This document shows positions 1 to 12,641 of a stretch of DNA of 64,000 bases, in pieces. Position 1 is the first letter of the stretch; the number at the start of each line of letters is the position of its first letter. Location of the stretch: contig CM074821.1 in the NCBI GenBank assembly GCA_037447605.1, positions 1,612,001 to 1,676,000 on the forward strand, in the 5' to 3' direction. A program made the translations under genes and the position numbers. Origin of the DNA: Zygnema circumcarinatum SAG 698-1b (Eukaryota; Plantae; Zygnematophyceae). Under the pieces are notes generated by a model. The model ran no database searches, was not told the origin of the DNA, and worked only from the letters and a program-made list of their open reading frames with translations.

Positions 1-553
1 CCTCCCTTGTTCACTCTCTGGCCCGTCCTCTCTCTCCCCGGCTCTCTCTTGCACGCTGTCACTCGCTTCCAAACTTTTTCTTCACCCATCTCTCTCTCTC
101 TCACACTCACTCCCTCCCTCCCCCTCCCGCTCCCACTCCCTCCTCGGAGAAGGAGCTGCAGGCAGAGAGAGGCACGTAACGGGGGCGGCCGCCATGGCCG
201 GGACATGGACGCGTCGTAGATTACATGGAGTCGTGTAGAGCCGCATTTCCATAATATGGAGTTCTGCCGCTGATAATTCCCCTGTCTTCGCTTTCCCCTT
301 ACTATCTTTTTCTCTATTCAGCCCCCGAACTCAAACTTTCTCCTTGTTGTAAAAAAATAAAAAATACTTCGGAAAAAAAACGGAAAAAAATCTTGAACTT
401 TGACAACCCAGTGGCGGCCTCTCGTGACCTTAAATCTCCGTATCCAAAACCAGTGGTGGTTTCACCCCAAACCTTTGTAAATTCAAGGCAAATGAATGGA
501 CCGACTCACCGAGGGATGCCTTGCAAGTCCATGCAAGTCCATGCAATGGCCGC

Positions 554-1048
554 CTAAGCGAGAAGGTAATGCTCGAGTGCGCGCACCACGGCCTCCCCCA
601 CATCGCCGTGCATTGCCCGAAAGTGCGAGTGCGGGCAGGAGAAGTGGGCGTCCTTTTTCCATACCCCGTCGTCGTCCTCAGTCTCACACGTGTCTAAATA
701 TCTCGCAGCTTCAATAGGCCAAAAGTCCATGTATTTAACGTCGCCTCGCTTTTCCAGCAATCGCCTGCACACAAATCGGAGTGAATCCACGTCAAAGCTG
801 TGCAAAGAAACGGGCAAAAGAAGGCGTTTCGCATTGAGGCTCGGACAGAAATGCAGAGAGCAGGCCTCCAACATCCTCCTCTCCCATCAGTCGCGGATCC
901 AAAATTGTGCTGAGGCGGGGGGGGGGGGAAGTCCCCCTTCAGCATAACATGCATACGTCTCCCCCTCTCCCCCTCTCCCCCTCTCCTCCTCTCCTCCTCT
1001 CCCCCTGCTCCCCCTGCTCCCCCTCCTGCTCCCNNNNNNNNNNCTCCC

Positions 1049-1085
<37 letters not shown>

Positions 1086-1981
1086 TCATGGAGGCGAACA
1101 GCTGTGAGGGCTTCTCATTTGCTTTTTTTAAGTTTTGACCAAGTTACGCTGCGTTTTGGCAGATAGGAGCGATGCGGAGTGGGCCGAAAGTCTCAAGAAC
1201 AAAGAAACGAGAAGAAAGCATACACCTCGATGCTGAAGAGGTTTCAGGTTTACGGAGTCCACAAATGAATACCTCGCAAAAGCATTCATCCAGCGAATGG
1301 CGCTGTTGTGAACATGGCAATGTCCGAAAAGATCATGTACCCGCACTGGGAAAGGAGGGATACTTCTCCACAATACTCGCGATGTCGGTTTGCGAGGTTG
1401 GCTCAAAACAAAATCCACGAATGCAGGAAGATGTTCCGAGTAAGCGAGGTCCCCCCGCTCACAAAGCTGAATTGAAGTTGACAAACGGAAAGAAAAATCA
1501 TCTGCGTGTTGGGTCATTACATCGCCAAGTAAAAGGAGCTCCCCACGTAGCATAATGCATATGCATAAAGCCTTAAAGAAGAAACGACCTTCAAGTAAAG
1601 CAAATTGAAGTCCTTACCATGGCGGCCCATGTACCCGTTCCCATAACAATCAAGTCGGCTGTTTCCGGTATGACAGCAAGAGTTCGATACGTTTCATTTG
1701 TGTACATGCCCTGACTGCGGCATCCATGTTCGTTGTTTACATAAATTCCGTCAACAAGAGTAAAGTTCATTCGAACGCTCAGATTTGAAGTGGGATCAGT
1801 TATCTCCCACGAACTAGTAGGCGTGGGATCCGGTCCTGGATTCAATGGCAAGGAGGGGTGCGTTAGTGGGAACGGAAGAGGTTCAGAAAGCTCAGAAACA
1901 GAGGAGGGAGAGAGAGAGAGGGAGAGAGAGATAGAGAGAGAGAGAGAGAGACAGAGAGAGAGAGAAGAGAGAGAGAGAGAG

Positions 1982-2073
<92 letters not shown>

Positions 2074-4358
2074 AGAGTGGGGGGGCAGAAAATGGGAAAG
2101 GGTGATCGTGGAAGAGGGAGACAGAAGTTCAGCGAGAAGGAAAGGTGATCAAGAGGGACAAAAGTGGGAAGATAGAAGAACAAGAAAAAAAGATGCAAAA
2201 GTAGATAGGAGAGAGAGCACTAGGATGAGAGGAAGAAAACAAGGAAGAGCGAGAGAGAGAGGGAGGAGAGGGAGAGGAGAAAGAATGGAAGAGAGACAGA
2301 GAGAAAGACAAATCGAAAAGACAAATGAAGTGCTCTACCTGCCAAAAGGAAGTGGAGATGATGGGCCAACACTGCAGTCATGGAATCCCCCACAAAAAAT
2401 ATTTCTTTCACACCCTTCGCATCCATTCGCCGGACAAATTCCGAAGCGGAGTGGGTCCATTGACCCCGACATTCATATGGCTGAAATTTCCATTTTGACG
2501 TAGAACTTTTTACATCTACGATTTCCTCTTTCACTTGAACTCCGTCCCCCAACGTGCTGTCGACCCACCGTCCAAACTGCCGATAGGAGCAAGGCCCCAA
2601 TTTTGCAGTAGAGTTTTCAAAGTTTTGAGCGGAAATAACGATACTTATCGAGAGTTTAGCGATGGTATGGTAGCCAAAATCTGCCATCGCCCCCCTGTTC
2701 AAGATAGGAAAGAGGAAAAGAAAGTAGGGCGAAGAGAGAGAGGGAGAGGGAGAGACAGAGGGAGCGAGAGAGAGGGCGGGGACGTGATTTAAGGTTTGAG
2801 ATGGAGTCCACAGGCTAACATTCCAGCGCGTTTCAAACGCTATACCATGAACAGCTAACTGCAGCTCTATGTAACTGATCGAAAAACTCATATTTCTTCA
2901 CTTCTATTACGCTCACTCACAATGAACAGTCGGAGAAAATCTCCATTTCATACTCTCCAGCGTCCCACACTCGATAAGACACCTTAAAGGAAACGTTGTA
3001 TTGGGGGTCTCGTGGTTCCCTCTCATGGGGTGAAACGTAAGCAGCATGCTTCGTCGGTCCTGCTCCCCCATGACTCGGATTCATTATTTATTTTTCAACA
3101 ATTTAGCCATCACTGCATGTTCAATGATCATCAAAGCGACTGCAAACCCAAAAACGAAAAAACAACAAAACAAAGGGGAAGTCAAAGTCACCGGTCATGA
3201 TTGCCATTATTTCCCGATTATGCGGAATCACTTCGAGTCCTTTTTCAGGACCGCCAGGTTTATTAAAAATAAACGGACTTCCAATTTGGAGAATGAAGGA
3301 ACAGCGATCCCCAAGTGAACACCTCCGGCAGCCCTCCCCTGTGAGACGCAAAAGATGAGTTCACTTTCTCAAGATATGAGGGAACATTTTTAGGGAATGG
3401 GACGTCAAGCGACACTCTAGTAAATTCATCGAAATTCGACATCAGTCATCTTATGAGAATCTCATCATTCAAATGAATTTGCTCAAAATGTGATGCAATG
3501 GCGATTTTTTTCTCGAATCAGAAAAAACCATGAACCTGGAACCAGGAGAACCAGGAACGAGGAACCAGGAATCTGGAGGCCGTTAAAAATAAGATTAAAG
3601 CTTAAATGCATTATAACAACTTCATATGAACGGCGGCCGGGCTGCATATGTGAAGCATAAGGTCCACATACAGGAGGAGAGGAACTAGAGGAGAGCACGA
3701 GAGAAAGAAAGAGAGAGAGAGCGGGAGAAAGATACCGATAGAGAGCAAAAGGGAGCTAGAGAGAGAGAGACCGATAGCGAAAGAGATCTAGAAAGAGAGA
3801 GAGACACCGAGAGGGTGAGGGAGGGAGGGTGGGGGGGCAGTGTGAGAGAAAGACGAGCACACCTGCGATTCGAACGTGGTGTTCTAAGTTGTCGCCTCCC
3901 TCCCTCCAGCCCTCCGCCACCCCCTCCCAGCACTCCTCCTCCCCTTTCGCCTCCAGCTCCCTCCTCCGCCCTGAGCCCTCCCTCCGCTCTACGCCCCGGA
4001 AGCCATGGCCTTCCTTTGAACCGCCCCTCCGCTGTGAAGTATCAGAAGTGCGGTTTTCCAAACTCCACGTGTCGGCGTGCAAAGCCTCGCCTTCGACAGG
4101 CGGCGGAGGGCTGCCACGTGGCGCCTCTTTGGGAGGCCCAGGGAGCGGTCTGGTGTCGTATCCGCGCAGGACAGGTGTCGCAGCGGCTGCCCAGGACCCG
4201 CCATGGCGGCGAGAGATGGAGAGGAGGAGGAGAAGGGAGAGGAGGCGAGGAGGGAGCCGGCAGCCATGGCCGGGCCCCCGGGAGGAACCGGCAGGCGCTT
4301 GGCGGAGGGAGAAGAGGCGCCGAGTTGGAGTGTGGGAGGTTGCGGTGCGGAGATCCAT
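554..4358 (-). CDS. PC-esterase/TBL-like SGNH O-acyltransferase candidate, ~586 aa, 7 exons (4358-3863, 3338-3192, 3059-2921, 2694-2339, 1835-1618, 1466-1273, 764-554)
   Basis: GT-AG exon chain with consistent phases (1,1,2,1,0,2) ending at TAG 556-554. Motifs in TBL/PC-esterase order: PCSYRQFGRWV, KWKFQPYEC, IFFVGDSM, ADLIVMGTGTW, RVLWRSIPP, YMDFWP, WKKDAHF. N-terminal hydrophobic stretch LLSLLLLLSIS. Exons 2-3 are the least certain (weak acceptor at 3059). Confidence 0.7.
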
Positions 4359-4703
4359 GGCGGCCTGCGACTGAGAACAACAGAATAGGAAGACGAGGGA
4401 GCAAAAAGAAGGAAACGCCGCGTGATTTCGTTTTGGAAATTGCTTCGCTGTTCGCGGGCGGTCCCCTGCGAGGCGACCACGCGCGGGCGGGCGCTGGCGA
4501 GGGGGGGGGGGGAGGTCCAGGTTTGCAACTCAAAACTTGAGGGGGGTCCAGGTTTGCAAGTCAAAACTTGGAGGGGCCAGATTTGCAGCTCAAAACTTTT
4601 CGATGGGGGGGGGGGGGGCAGGTTTGCAGCTCAAAACTTGAGGGGGGGGGGGGTTCCAGGTTTGCAATTAAAAACTTGCAGGGTCTGACGAGTTTCTGAG
4701 GAC
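4167..4703 (-). repeat. Duplicated promoter/5'UTR/leader block, copy 1 (copy 2 at 9190-9683)
   Basis: Alignment by eye runs from CAGGACAGGTGTCGCAGC to GGGTCTGAC..GTTTCTGAGGAC. Both copies encode [10 protein letters not shown]...WAAAATPV. Confidence 0.95.
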
Positions 4704-5000
4704 CTTCATTGCTATTTTAATACTTTTAGAAACGACCCAATGGGTACCAGCCAGATGTAAACTCTGAATCTATTTTGCAAGCGTGGCGATTCGTCATTGG
4801 CTTATGTTGCAACTAGATATAAAAAGAACCACGGCCGTACGGACGACGATGGATTTCGGGTACAGGACAATTTTGGTCGGCGCTGTTTGATTGGTCGTTA
4901 TCAAATCGCACGGAACCCACATGGCAAAAAGTGGAATCCACACCTGCGACCGAACATGTTGATTCTTTGAACTTTTTCATCAGGACTTTTCGCTTTCTTA

Positions 5001-5593
5001 AAGGAGAATGATACCGCACCCCCTATTTTGGACATCCCACTCCCCCTCCCCCTTTGAAAATTTTGCCCTCCCATTTTGGTTACCCCCCCCAGTTTTGGAT
5101 ATTTCAACCCCTTTTTTGGATATTCCACCCCCTGTTTTCTCCTTTTCACTACTCACTCTCAACATTATTGTGCAACAAAAGGAAAGGAGATTTGCATTGA
5201 TCACACGATGGTGAGGCCATCAAATGAACATGGACGAAGTCAACATGGGGAACCAGGAGTAACTGGTCGCAAAAGACCTAAGCACAAAATTAGAAAACTA
5301 GGTGCAGGAAACTAAAACGAAAACTAAACTAAAGTAGGCCTAAGCGCAAAAAACGCAGCCTTAAAAGCAGCCACGAAGGTCACCGATGTGGGGCAACTGT
5401 TACTCTTTGTTCTGGGGTTAGGAGCGTAGACCCCCTACTTAAGGCAAGTTCTTAAGTTTTTAGATAGGAGGGTGAAATGTCCAAAGCGGGGGGGGGGGGC
5501 GAGATAACCAAACTGGGAGGGTAAAATTTTCAGAAAAAGCTTGGGATATCCAAAACACCGGGGGGGGGGAGGGGGGGCACTATCATTCTCCTT
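5001..5593. mobile_element. Non-autonomous TIR element (AAGGAGAATGATA...TATCATTCTCCTT) with CCCC..TTTTGGATAT subterminal repeats
   Basis: Terminal inverted match and inverted subterminal motifs at ~5020-5130 and ~5480-5570. TSD not clean. Confidence 0.55.
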
Positions 5594-5947
5594 AAATCGA
5601 AAAAGCTTCGACCGTGACTGTTCAAAGTTCAACCCTAATCAATAAGATTGAGAATTGAGAACTTCAGTAGACTCGTTTCTCAATTTCTCAACCTGATTGG
5701 TTTTACGGGTATTGTGGGAAGTTGTAGTTTTCCGACTTCTTCCAAACTGCAAGAAAAGCAAAGCACAGCGTTTTGACACTGACTCCCAAAATCCCAAAAT
5801 GTAATACGTTCTCCACGTCTCTCACTCTGGAAAAGTGAGTTTTTTTTTTCTAGAGCAAATCCAACGGTCCGAAACTTTCCAATCTCACCATGCAAGAACC
5901 CAACGGTCGGATGTTGGCGATCTCACACGAGCCAATCCAACGGTTCA

Positions 5948-6148
<201 letters not shown>

Positions 6149-6496
6149 TCAAGGCGGTGAGAAGTATGTCGTAGCAAAAAAAATCTTCACTAACATGAAT
6201 AAGCTTTTATTTAAAAGAGTCAAAGGTGAAAAACCCAAAAACAAAAGTGAAAAATAAAAGCGTCGAAATGCAGCGCGCCATTCCTTTGTGGATTGTGCAT
6301 GCATCGCTGAATGGATGTAAGGACGCCGGAAAACAGTGTCACATCACGTGGTCGGCGGAGGATGGGGATGGAAACCACTAGCAGAGATGACCCTGCCTTA
6401 TTGCATCGGGGTTTAGGGTTAAGGGCTCAGGATTTAAGACTAAGGGTTGCCGGTTAAGGGTTTAGGGTTTAAAGGTCAACCGCACGCAGCGTCTGT

Positions 6497-9381
6497 CTAC
6501 CTCGGACCCTCCGTGAGATCATTGAAGGTGTCGAGCTTGAGGGCCGCGCGGCGGAGGACCTCGTAGTCCACCACGCCCTGCACGCACGGAGGGAAGGAGG
6601 GAGGGAGGGAGGGAGGGAGGGACAGGATGTAGACGAGGAAGAGGAAGAGAGCGCGGGAGAGGGTTTGCCTGTGTCAAACCTTGCGGAAAGCACACAAGTA
6701 CATAGGGCCCGTATGGGAAGATCATCCGTAGCATTTCTCAGACTAGGACAACCCCTGTAGGAGGCTTAAGATTGACCAACCAACTGACCAACCGACCGAC
6801 CAACCGACCGACCGATTGACCGACCGACAGTCAGTGCAAGCCCTTACCGACATGAGTCCATCGAACTCGGGCCGCCTTGAAAACCCGGAGTTGAACTTCC
6901 ACCAATCGCTGCCCGGAGCCCACAAGTGTTTGTAACTGTTCAACGTCTTTGTATGCGGATAATAACTTAAAAGCGGATCGAAAAAATCTTCTTTCTCCTC
7001 GTCGGAGGCAATGTAGATTGCTGTTTCACTGGAGACGTTCCGCTGCTTCAATACTTCAAGTATACTGACATGCCATGTCATGCAGACAAGGATCTTAGTT
7101 GGCATTGCCTCTCACCTGTCACTTTCTCCCCTTCTTCCCCTTCCCCTTCCACTCGCCTCTCTCACTCTTCTCCCCCTCCCCGTGCATCTCTCACCCTCAC
7201 GTACCCCTCTCTCTCCTCTATCCTCTCCCCTCTACCCTCTCACCGGTCCTCCCTCCCCCGTCCTCTCTCCCCCCGCTCCCATCTCGGGTTGGCTTGGAAA
7301 CCCGGAGTCTTTCTCTCCCATCTCCCCTCTCCCTCTCCCCCTTCCCCTCTCACCCTTCCTCCCCCCCTCCTTATCCCTCTCTCCCCGTCTCCCTCCCTCT
7401 CCCATCTCCTCCTCCCCCTCTCTCGCTCCCAACCCCATCCCCCACTCCCCCTTCCTCCCCCCCCCCTTCTCCTCTCTCCCCCCTTCCCCCTCTCCCCGCT
7501 TCCCCTCTCCCTCTCCCCCTCTCCCCCTCCCCCCCTCCTCCTCCCCCTCCCAGTCCCCCTCCCCCGTCTTTCCGAGCACTTCTGGCGTGAGTGCCTTTCG
7601 GGGGTAAACATTTCCAAGAAGTCTTCATCCAAATAGAAATTTTGAACAAGCCCCTCCCCCTCTCCTTTTTCTTTTTTAGGGTTAGGTTGTGCGCTTACTG
7701 CGGAGGGCTCGTGTCCCTATCGAGGTTGGGCCACCTCGCGGGGAACTTCAGCTTGTCTCCTCGCCGGACATGAATGGCCATAAAATTTCCGCGCAGATCC
7801 TTCAGAATCTCTTTGGCTATCTTCGTGAGAGAGGGAGAAATTGCAAACCCCCGACTCGGTCGCTTTATTTGCTGCATTAAGGGGGGGACGAGGAGGGTTT
7901 CGAAGGTTTTTTTTAGTTTAGGGTTTTCAGGTTTTTTAAGCGCTAAGGAAGAAGGGGAGGGGGGGAGAGGTCAACTTCACATGCTTGAAGACGAGCAAAA
8001 GCAACCATCAGAGCAGAGTCAGTTTTGAGTTTTCGACCGACCGGTCGCAGTAAGCACTTTCAAACGAAAATAAACTTTAACTTTCCTGACACATCAAGGT
8101 GCTAAAAAAAAATGTTGCTCATGCTTCTTCTTCCTTTTTTTCAGCGTGCGTGTTTTGGAATCAATGACATATTCTAAAACTCGTGTGCCATGTAAGGGAC
8201 ATGGACAGATCTGATGCTGCATTATACATATATATACATATGTGATATAATAATAATAATAACCAAAGAAATCTACAAAAGCAAATACCTTATTTATCGA
8301 GCAAGTGACGAATCCGTACTGGCGATCCTTTTCATAGTGGCGGTAAACGATGGTTGCGTTGCATTCCTGCACTTCTTCAAAGGGGGGCCCTCCGCCGATC
8401 GGATAGTGGCACACGGATACCTCCGTTCCGTTCTGGCCTCCGTAGCGCTCCCAGCCCTTCAAGAAGGCAGGCATGGTGATGATGGGGAAATGTCTGCATC
8501 ACAATTTCAGAAATCGAAGGAAGAAAATCAACTAACAGGGAAATTTCAGAAGTCGAACACGGCAAAAAGTGAAATTTATTTCCAGGAAAAACGCCACGTC
8601 GTTCTCCATGTGCCCGATTTAGGGTTTTTCGTGCTCTTGGGCTGACCAGTGTTTCTCGGGTACTTTGGCACAAGCTCTGTGCTTTTGAAGCTCTGTAAAC
8701 AATACATTTCCCGAGAGTTTTTTTACGGTTTTAAGGGAGGTTGTAAGGTCTTTAGGGTCTGTAAGAGTGGATTATTAGGGTTTTTTATTTTTTTAGGGTT
8801 TGTAACGTTTGTACGAGTGCAGGTTCAGGGTGTCGAGGTTTTTCGCCTTTGTAAAGGTGAGGATTCTAGGGTTTGAAGCATGTTCCGCCCCACGCTTTGC
8901 TGCCTTGCTGCAGAACGCACTTCCTCATGTACCACAAGTCGAAGAACTGCTCGAACTTCCTGACCTCCGTCCGGCCCTTGTTGTGCTGCGCCACCACCCC
9001 TATCTCCGTGTCCAGCACGAAGATGCGCCGCAGGCGGAGCGCCTCCCCGAGCATGCACCCGTAGCTCCACGTGCGGTGGCGGATGCCGGCCATGAAGTCG
9101 TTTGAGTTGCGCTCGTAGTACAGGTACCGCGCCGCCGGGTCGAAGGCCTTCTCGCCCTTCCCGCTGCGCCAAGGGAGGGCGTCGGAAGACAGGACAGGTG
9201 TCGCAGCGGCTGCCCAAGACCCGCCATGGCGGCGAGAGATGGAGAGGAGGAGGACAAGGGAGAGGAGGCGAGGAGGGAGCCGGCAGCCATGGCCGGGCCC
9301 CCGGGAGGAACCGGCAGGCGCTTGGCGGAGGGAGAAGAGGCGCCGAGTTGGAGTATGGGAGGTTGCGGTGCGGAGATCCAT
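6497..9381 (-). CDS. SUB1-like/GT68-like putative O-fucosyltransferase-fold protein, paralog A, 378 aa (exons 9381-8921, 8493-8289, 7871-7699, 7064-6848, 6577-6497)
   Basis: Exon lengths 461/205/173/217/81 stay in frame with GT-AG ends. Motifs [60 protein letters not shown] match the plant family containing Arabidopsis SUB1/At4g12700/At2g04280/At3g56750 (recalled, not searched). Confidence 0.85.
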
Positions 9382-9683
9382 GGCGGCCTGCGACTGAGAA
9401 CAACAGAATAGAAAGTGGAGGGAGCAAAAGGAACACGCCGCGTGATTTCGTTTTGGAGATTGCTTCGCTGTTCGCGGGCGGTCCCCTGCGAGGCGACCAC
9501 GCGCGGGCGGGCGCTCGCGAGGGCGGGGGGAGGTCCAGGTTTGCAATTAAAAATTTGGGTCGGGGGTCCAGGTTTTCAATTAAAAACTTGGGTGGGTGTC
9601 CAGGTTTGCAGCTCAAAACTTGGGGGGGGGGGGGACCAGGTTTGCAGTTAAAAACTTGCAGGGTCTGACAGGTTTCTGAGGAC
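9190..9683 (-). repeat. Duplicated promoter/5'UTR/leader block, copy 2
   Basis: Near-identical to 4167-4703, with one fewer ~30-bp promoter unit. Confidence 0.95.
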
Positions 9684-9774
9684 TAGTGTTCCGTACTATA
9701 CACCATGAGGTTCGATACAATGTATAATACAGCATTAATACAGTGGGACCCGTCCCGGTGGTCTCCCACCCCTT

Positions 9775-9962
9775 CGCGTGCCGCGCCACATATTGGCGAC
9801 CTTCGCGGCTGCTTCTAGTGCCTGTTGTTGAGCCTAGGAGTAGACATCCGTTTTGAGGCTTTTTCTCTGTCCTTATGTCCATTGTGACCGCTTCTTTCTG
9901 GTTCCCTATGTCGATTTTATCCGTGTACATTTGATGGCCTTGCCATCGTGAGTTCAATCAAA
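9775..9962. repeat. Dispersed ~190-bp repeat with GATGGC-NNN-GCCATC hairpin near one end; other copies ~5205-5390, 10892-10925 (partial), 35605-35755, 36040-36190, 36770-36965
   Basis: Shared TGTACATTTGATGGCCTTGCCATCGTGAGTTCAAT end and GAGCCTAG(G/A)AGTAGACATCCGTTT core, seen in both orientations. Confidence 0.8.
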
Positions 9963-11191
9963 CATCTTCTCCCCTGTATAATACCCAAACGCAACTGCTA
10001 GCATCCGTACAACCGGACATAGAGTCGTACGGAAAACATGTACGGAAGCAGTGTACGAACATGTACGGACAAGGTCACACGTGTTGAGTGTTTAGCAAGT
10101 GACGTGAACCGAAGGGGCAACGGCTTTGCCCCTTCTTCTAAGATTTTGAAGACGAACTGTTTAGCTCTACAGACTTTGATGGGTTGTTGGACGATCCAAA
10201 CCTCATGCCAGATAGTGCACTCTTTTGTGACAGCTTGGGTGCTAGCATTGATGACGATATTCTTGACCAGATTGATCTGAATAATCATAGCATCATCAAT
10301 GAGACGAACGATTCACTAGCTTCTTTCTTTTGTGGTAGGTCCTTTGCGACCAGTTCCTGTGTAACACAGGGTCACGGGAGAGTGCAGGAGAGAGAGAGAG
10401 CGAGAGCGAGAAATGCCGGTCTCCAGGTTGAATGCTCAAGCATTCGCCCCACGCCCCTATACGCTTCCCCCGTCGAACCTCTACCGGCGTTAGGGACAGT
10501 GAAGCAGGGCTAGCCAGTGGCGCGACGCCGCGTGGCTTATGTAAGCCCGTGGCGGTTCGCCACGTGGCTGGTCCACTGATCTATGTCAGCGCTAGAGATA
10601 TCTAGCGGGCCCGCCGCATCTGGCGGGCCGACTAGCCGTGACGCGCGCGCGCGACGCGCGCATGCGACACTGGTAGCGTCGTACATACGACGCGCATATG
10701 CGACGCGCGACCGACCCGCGCGCGCGGCGCACGAAAAAGGCGGCGCGCGTCCATACGGCGCGCGGTCCTAAAATGTCGGTCCGTCCGACAGTCCGATCTC
10801 GGACCAAACTGACATTCAGTACGGACAAAACGTACGGATATTTCCGTTGTGCGCGGAGCGCCACGGTGGCTGTAGTGTTCCGCTACACCCTGTACATTTG
10901 ATGGCTTCACCATCGGGAGTTCAATGCCACTTTCCTCGCAATTCACTTGTTTGTTTGTCTTCTTTGGGTGTAATTATTATTAGTAGAAGAAGAAGAAAGG
11001 TGTGGCTTTTTTTTGTTGTGTGCATAGAGTTTTCATCATCATTTTGTTGTTGCTCTTCTTCTCTCATCTTGCTCATGATGCCTTCACCGCTATAGATTGC
11101 CTGCACACCCTTTATTTTTAAATGCTGATCCACACCAAAGAAATACTTGATGTTCCTATATGCTTTGCGAAAAGCCCATCATAGCTACTCT

Positions 11192-11240
11192 TTTTAGGGT
11201 TTTTAGGGTTTTTAGGGTTTTTAGGGTTTTTAGGGTTTTT
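11192..11240 (+). repeat. (TTTTTAGGG)n telomere-like tandem
   Basis: About five 9-bp units read directly. Confidence 0.85.
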
Positions 11241-11316
11241 AATGCCATGCCAGCACTCTCGCATGTCCCATCATCACCGCCCCCCTTGAAACTGCTCTTG
11301 TGGACCTATTTTTCAA

Positions 11317-11818
11317 GGAGAACTATATACCGCCCCCTTTTTGGGTTATCCCGCCCCTGTTTTTTTGAAATCCCACTCTTCCATTTTGGCTATTCCGCCC
11401 CCCTCCCATTTTGGCTATCCCCCCCGCATTTTGGATATTTCGGGAGGAGATTCTGCTCATTCTCTCTCGCTCCTTTGCTCTCCTCTGCTCTCACCTCTAG
11501 TCTCTCTCTCCTCTGCTCTACAAGAGAGAGAGAGAGAAAGGGGGAGAGAGAGAGTGAGAAAGAGAGCAAGAGAGTGAGAGAGAGTTGACACTCTCTCACT
11601 CTCTCTCTCTCCCTCTCTTCTCTGTTCTGCTCTCTCTTGGCGACTGTCTTTACGGACGTTGCGCTGATGTGTGAGAAGGAGAAAACAAGGGGGGAATGTC
11701 CAAAGTAGGGGCGGGATATCCCAAAACGGGAGGGGGCGGAATAGCCAAAATGGGAGAGTGGGATTTCAAAAAAACAAGGGCGGGATAACCAAAAGGGGGG
11801 GGGGTATATAGTTTCCCC
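11317..11818. mobile_element. Non-autonomous TIR element (GGAGAACTATATACC...GGTATATAGTTTCCCC); duplicated at 12648-13149
   Basis: Terminal inverted match, inverted subterminal CCGCCCC/TTTTGG repeats, central CT/GA tracts. Confidence 0.6.
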
Positions 11819-12641
11819 ATGATTATTTTTATTCTTAGAAACAAAATCAATGGTACCAGCCACGTGGTCACTCTGGATCCATCATGCGCACGTGGAGATT
11901 TTCCATTGGCTAATGTTGAAACAAAATTTTAAGCGACTGCGGCCGTACGGACAACGTGGGATGTCGGAAACAGAACAGTTCTGGTCGGCGCTGTCTGATT
12001 GGTCTCTGATCCGTCCGTCTCGCACGTGCGAGTGCGCGCGTCCCTCTGCCCGAGATCTCCGCAAAACCATGAGCTGGACCGGCCAGCCTGCGGAAAACTG
12101 GCAACCGAACACCATCTGCCACGTGGTTCCCTGACTGACGTCGCAACTTGTGATTCGTCCAGGCCCTAAATGTACGGTATTTCGCCTTTCCTCGAAGCTC
12201 CTTTACAGTACTTCGTACAAACCGGATCCGGTTACAGTACAGTTGTACTGTACAGTACAGTACAGTGGGGGGTCCTCGTATTTACCACCCCAAGGAGTGC
12301 GTTGTAGCGTAACGGAGCTGCGTTCGGCGGATCCGCGTCCGTTCAGTTGTACTTGACGTATGCCTCTTCCGTGTCACGGATCAACGGAATCCAGGAGCTG
12401 CCAACGGAGATTGAGAGAAGGCGGCGCCATGCGTTGGCGGCCCACGGAACAGCACACCATCCAGCAAGGCGCACTCGGGAACACCGCCTGAGGCCGCCGA
12501 TTATCATTCGTTGACCTATCCGAAGGCTCCACGTAGTCAGTCAGGCCTCTCAGTGGGCAGTTGGCCAATCAGAGACTGTCGCTGCTAAGACTCGAGATCT
12601 ATTGTCAGTGTTAAGTAGATGGGATGTCAGTNNNNNNNNNN

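Noticed and set aside
7-250. Gene start at CCATGG ~190
   Set aside because: It gives only a ~14-codon frame with no supporting downstream exon.
2820-2874. Extra small exon (YIELQLAVHGIAFETRWN) in the acyltransferase
   Set aside because: It needs a 46-nt intron and breaks phase with the next acceptor; splicing 2921 to 2694 keeps the frame.
7070-7649. Pro/Leu/Ser- or Gly/Glu-rich ORFs in purine/pyrimidine tracts (also ~1.9-2.3, 19.1-19.3, 40.0-40.3, 56.1-56.3, 59.4-59.6 kb)
   Set aside because: Intronic or intergenic CT/GA low-complexity DNA that lacks stops by composition.
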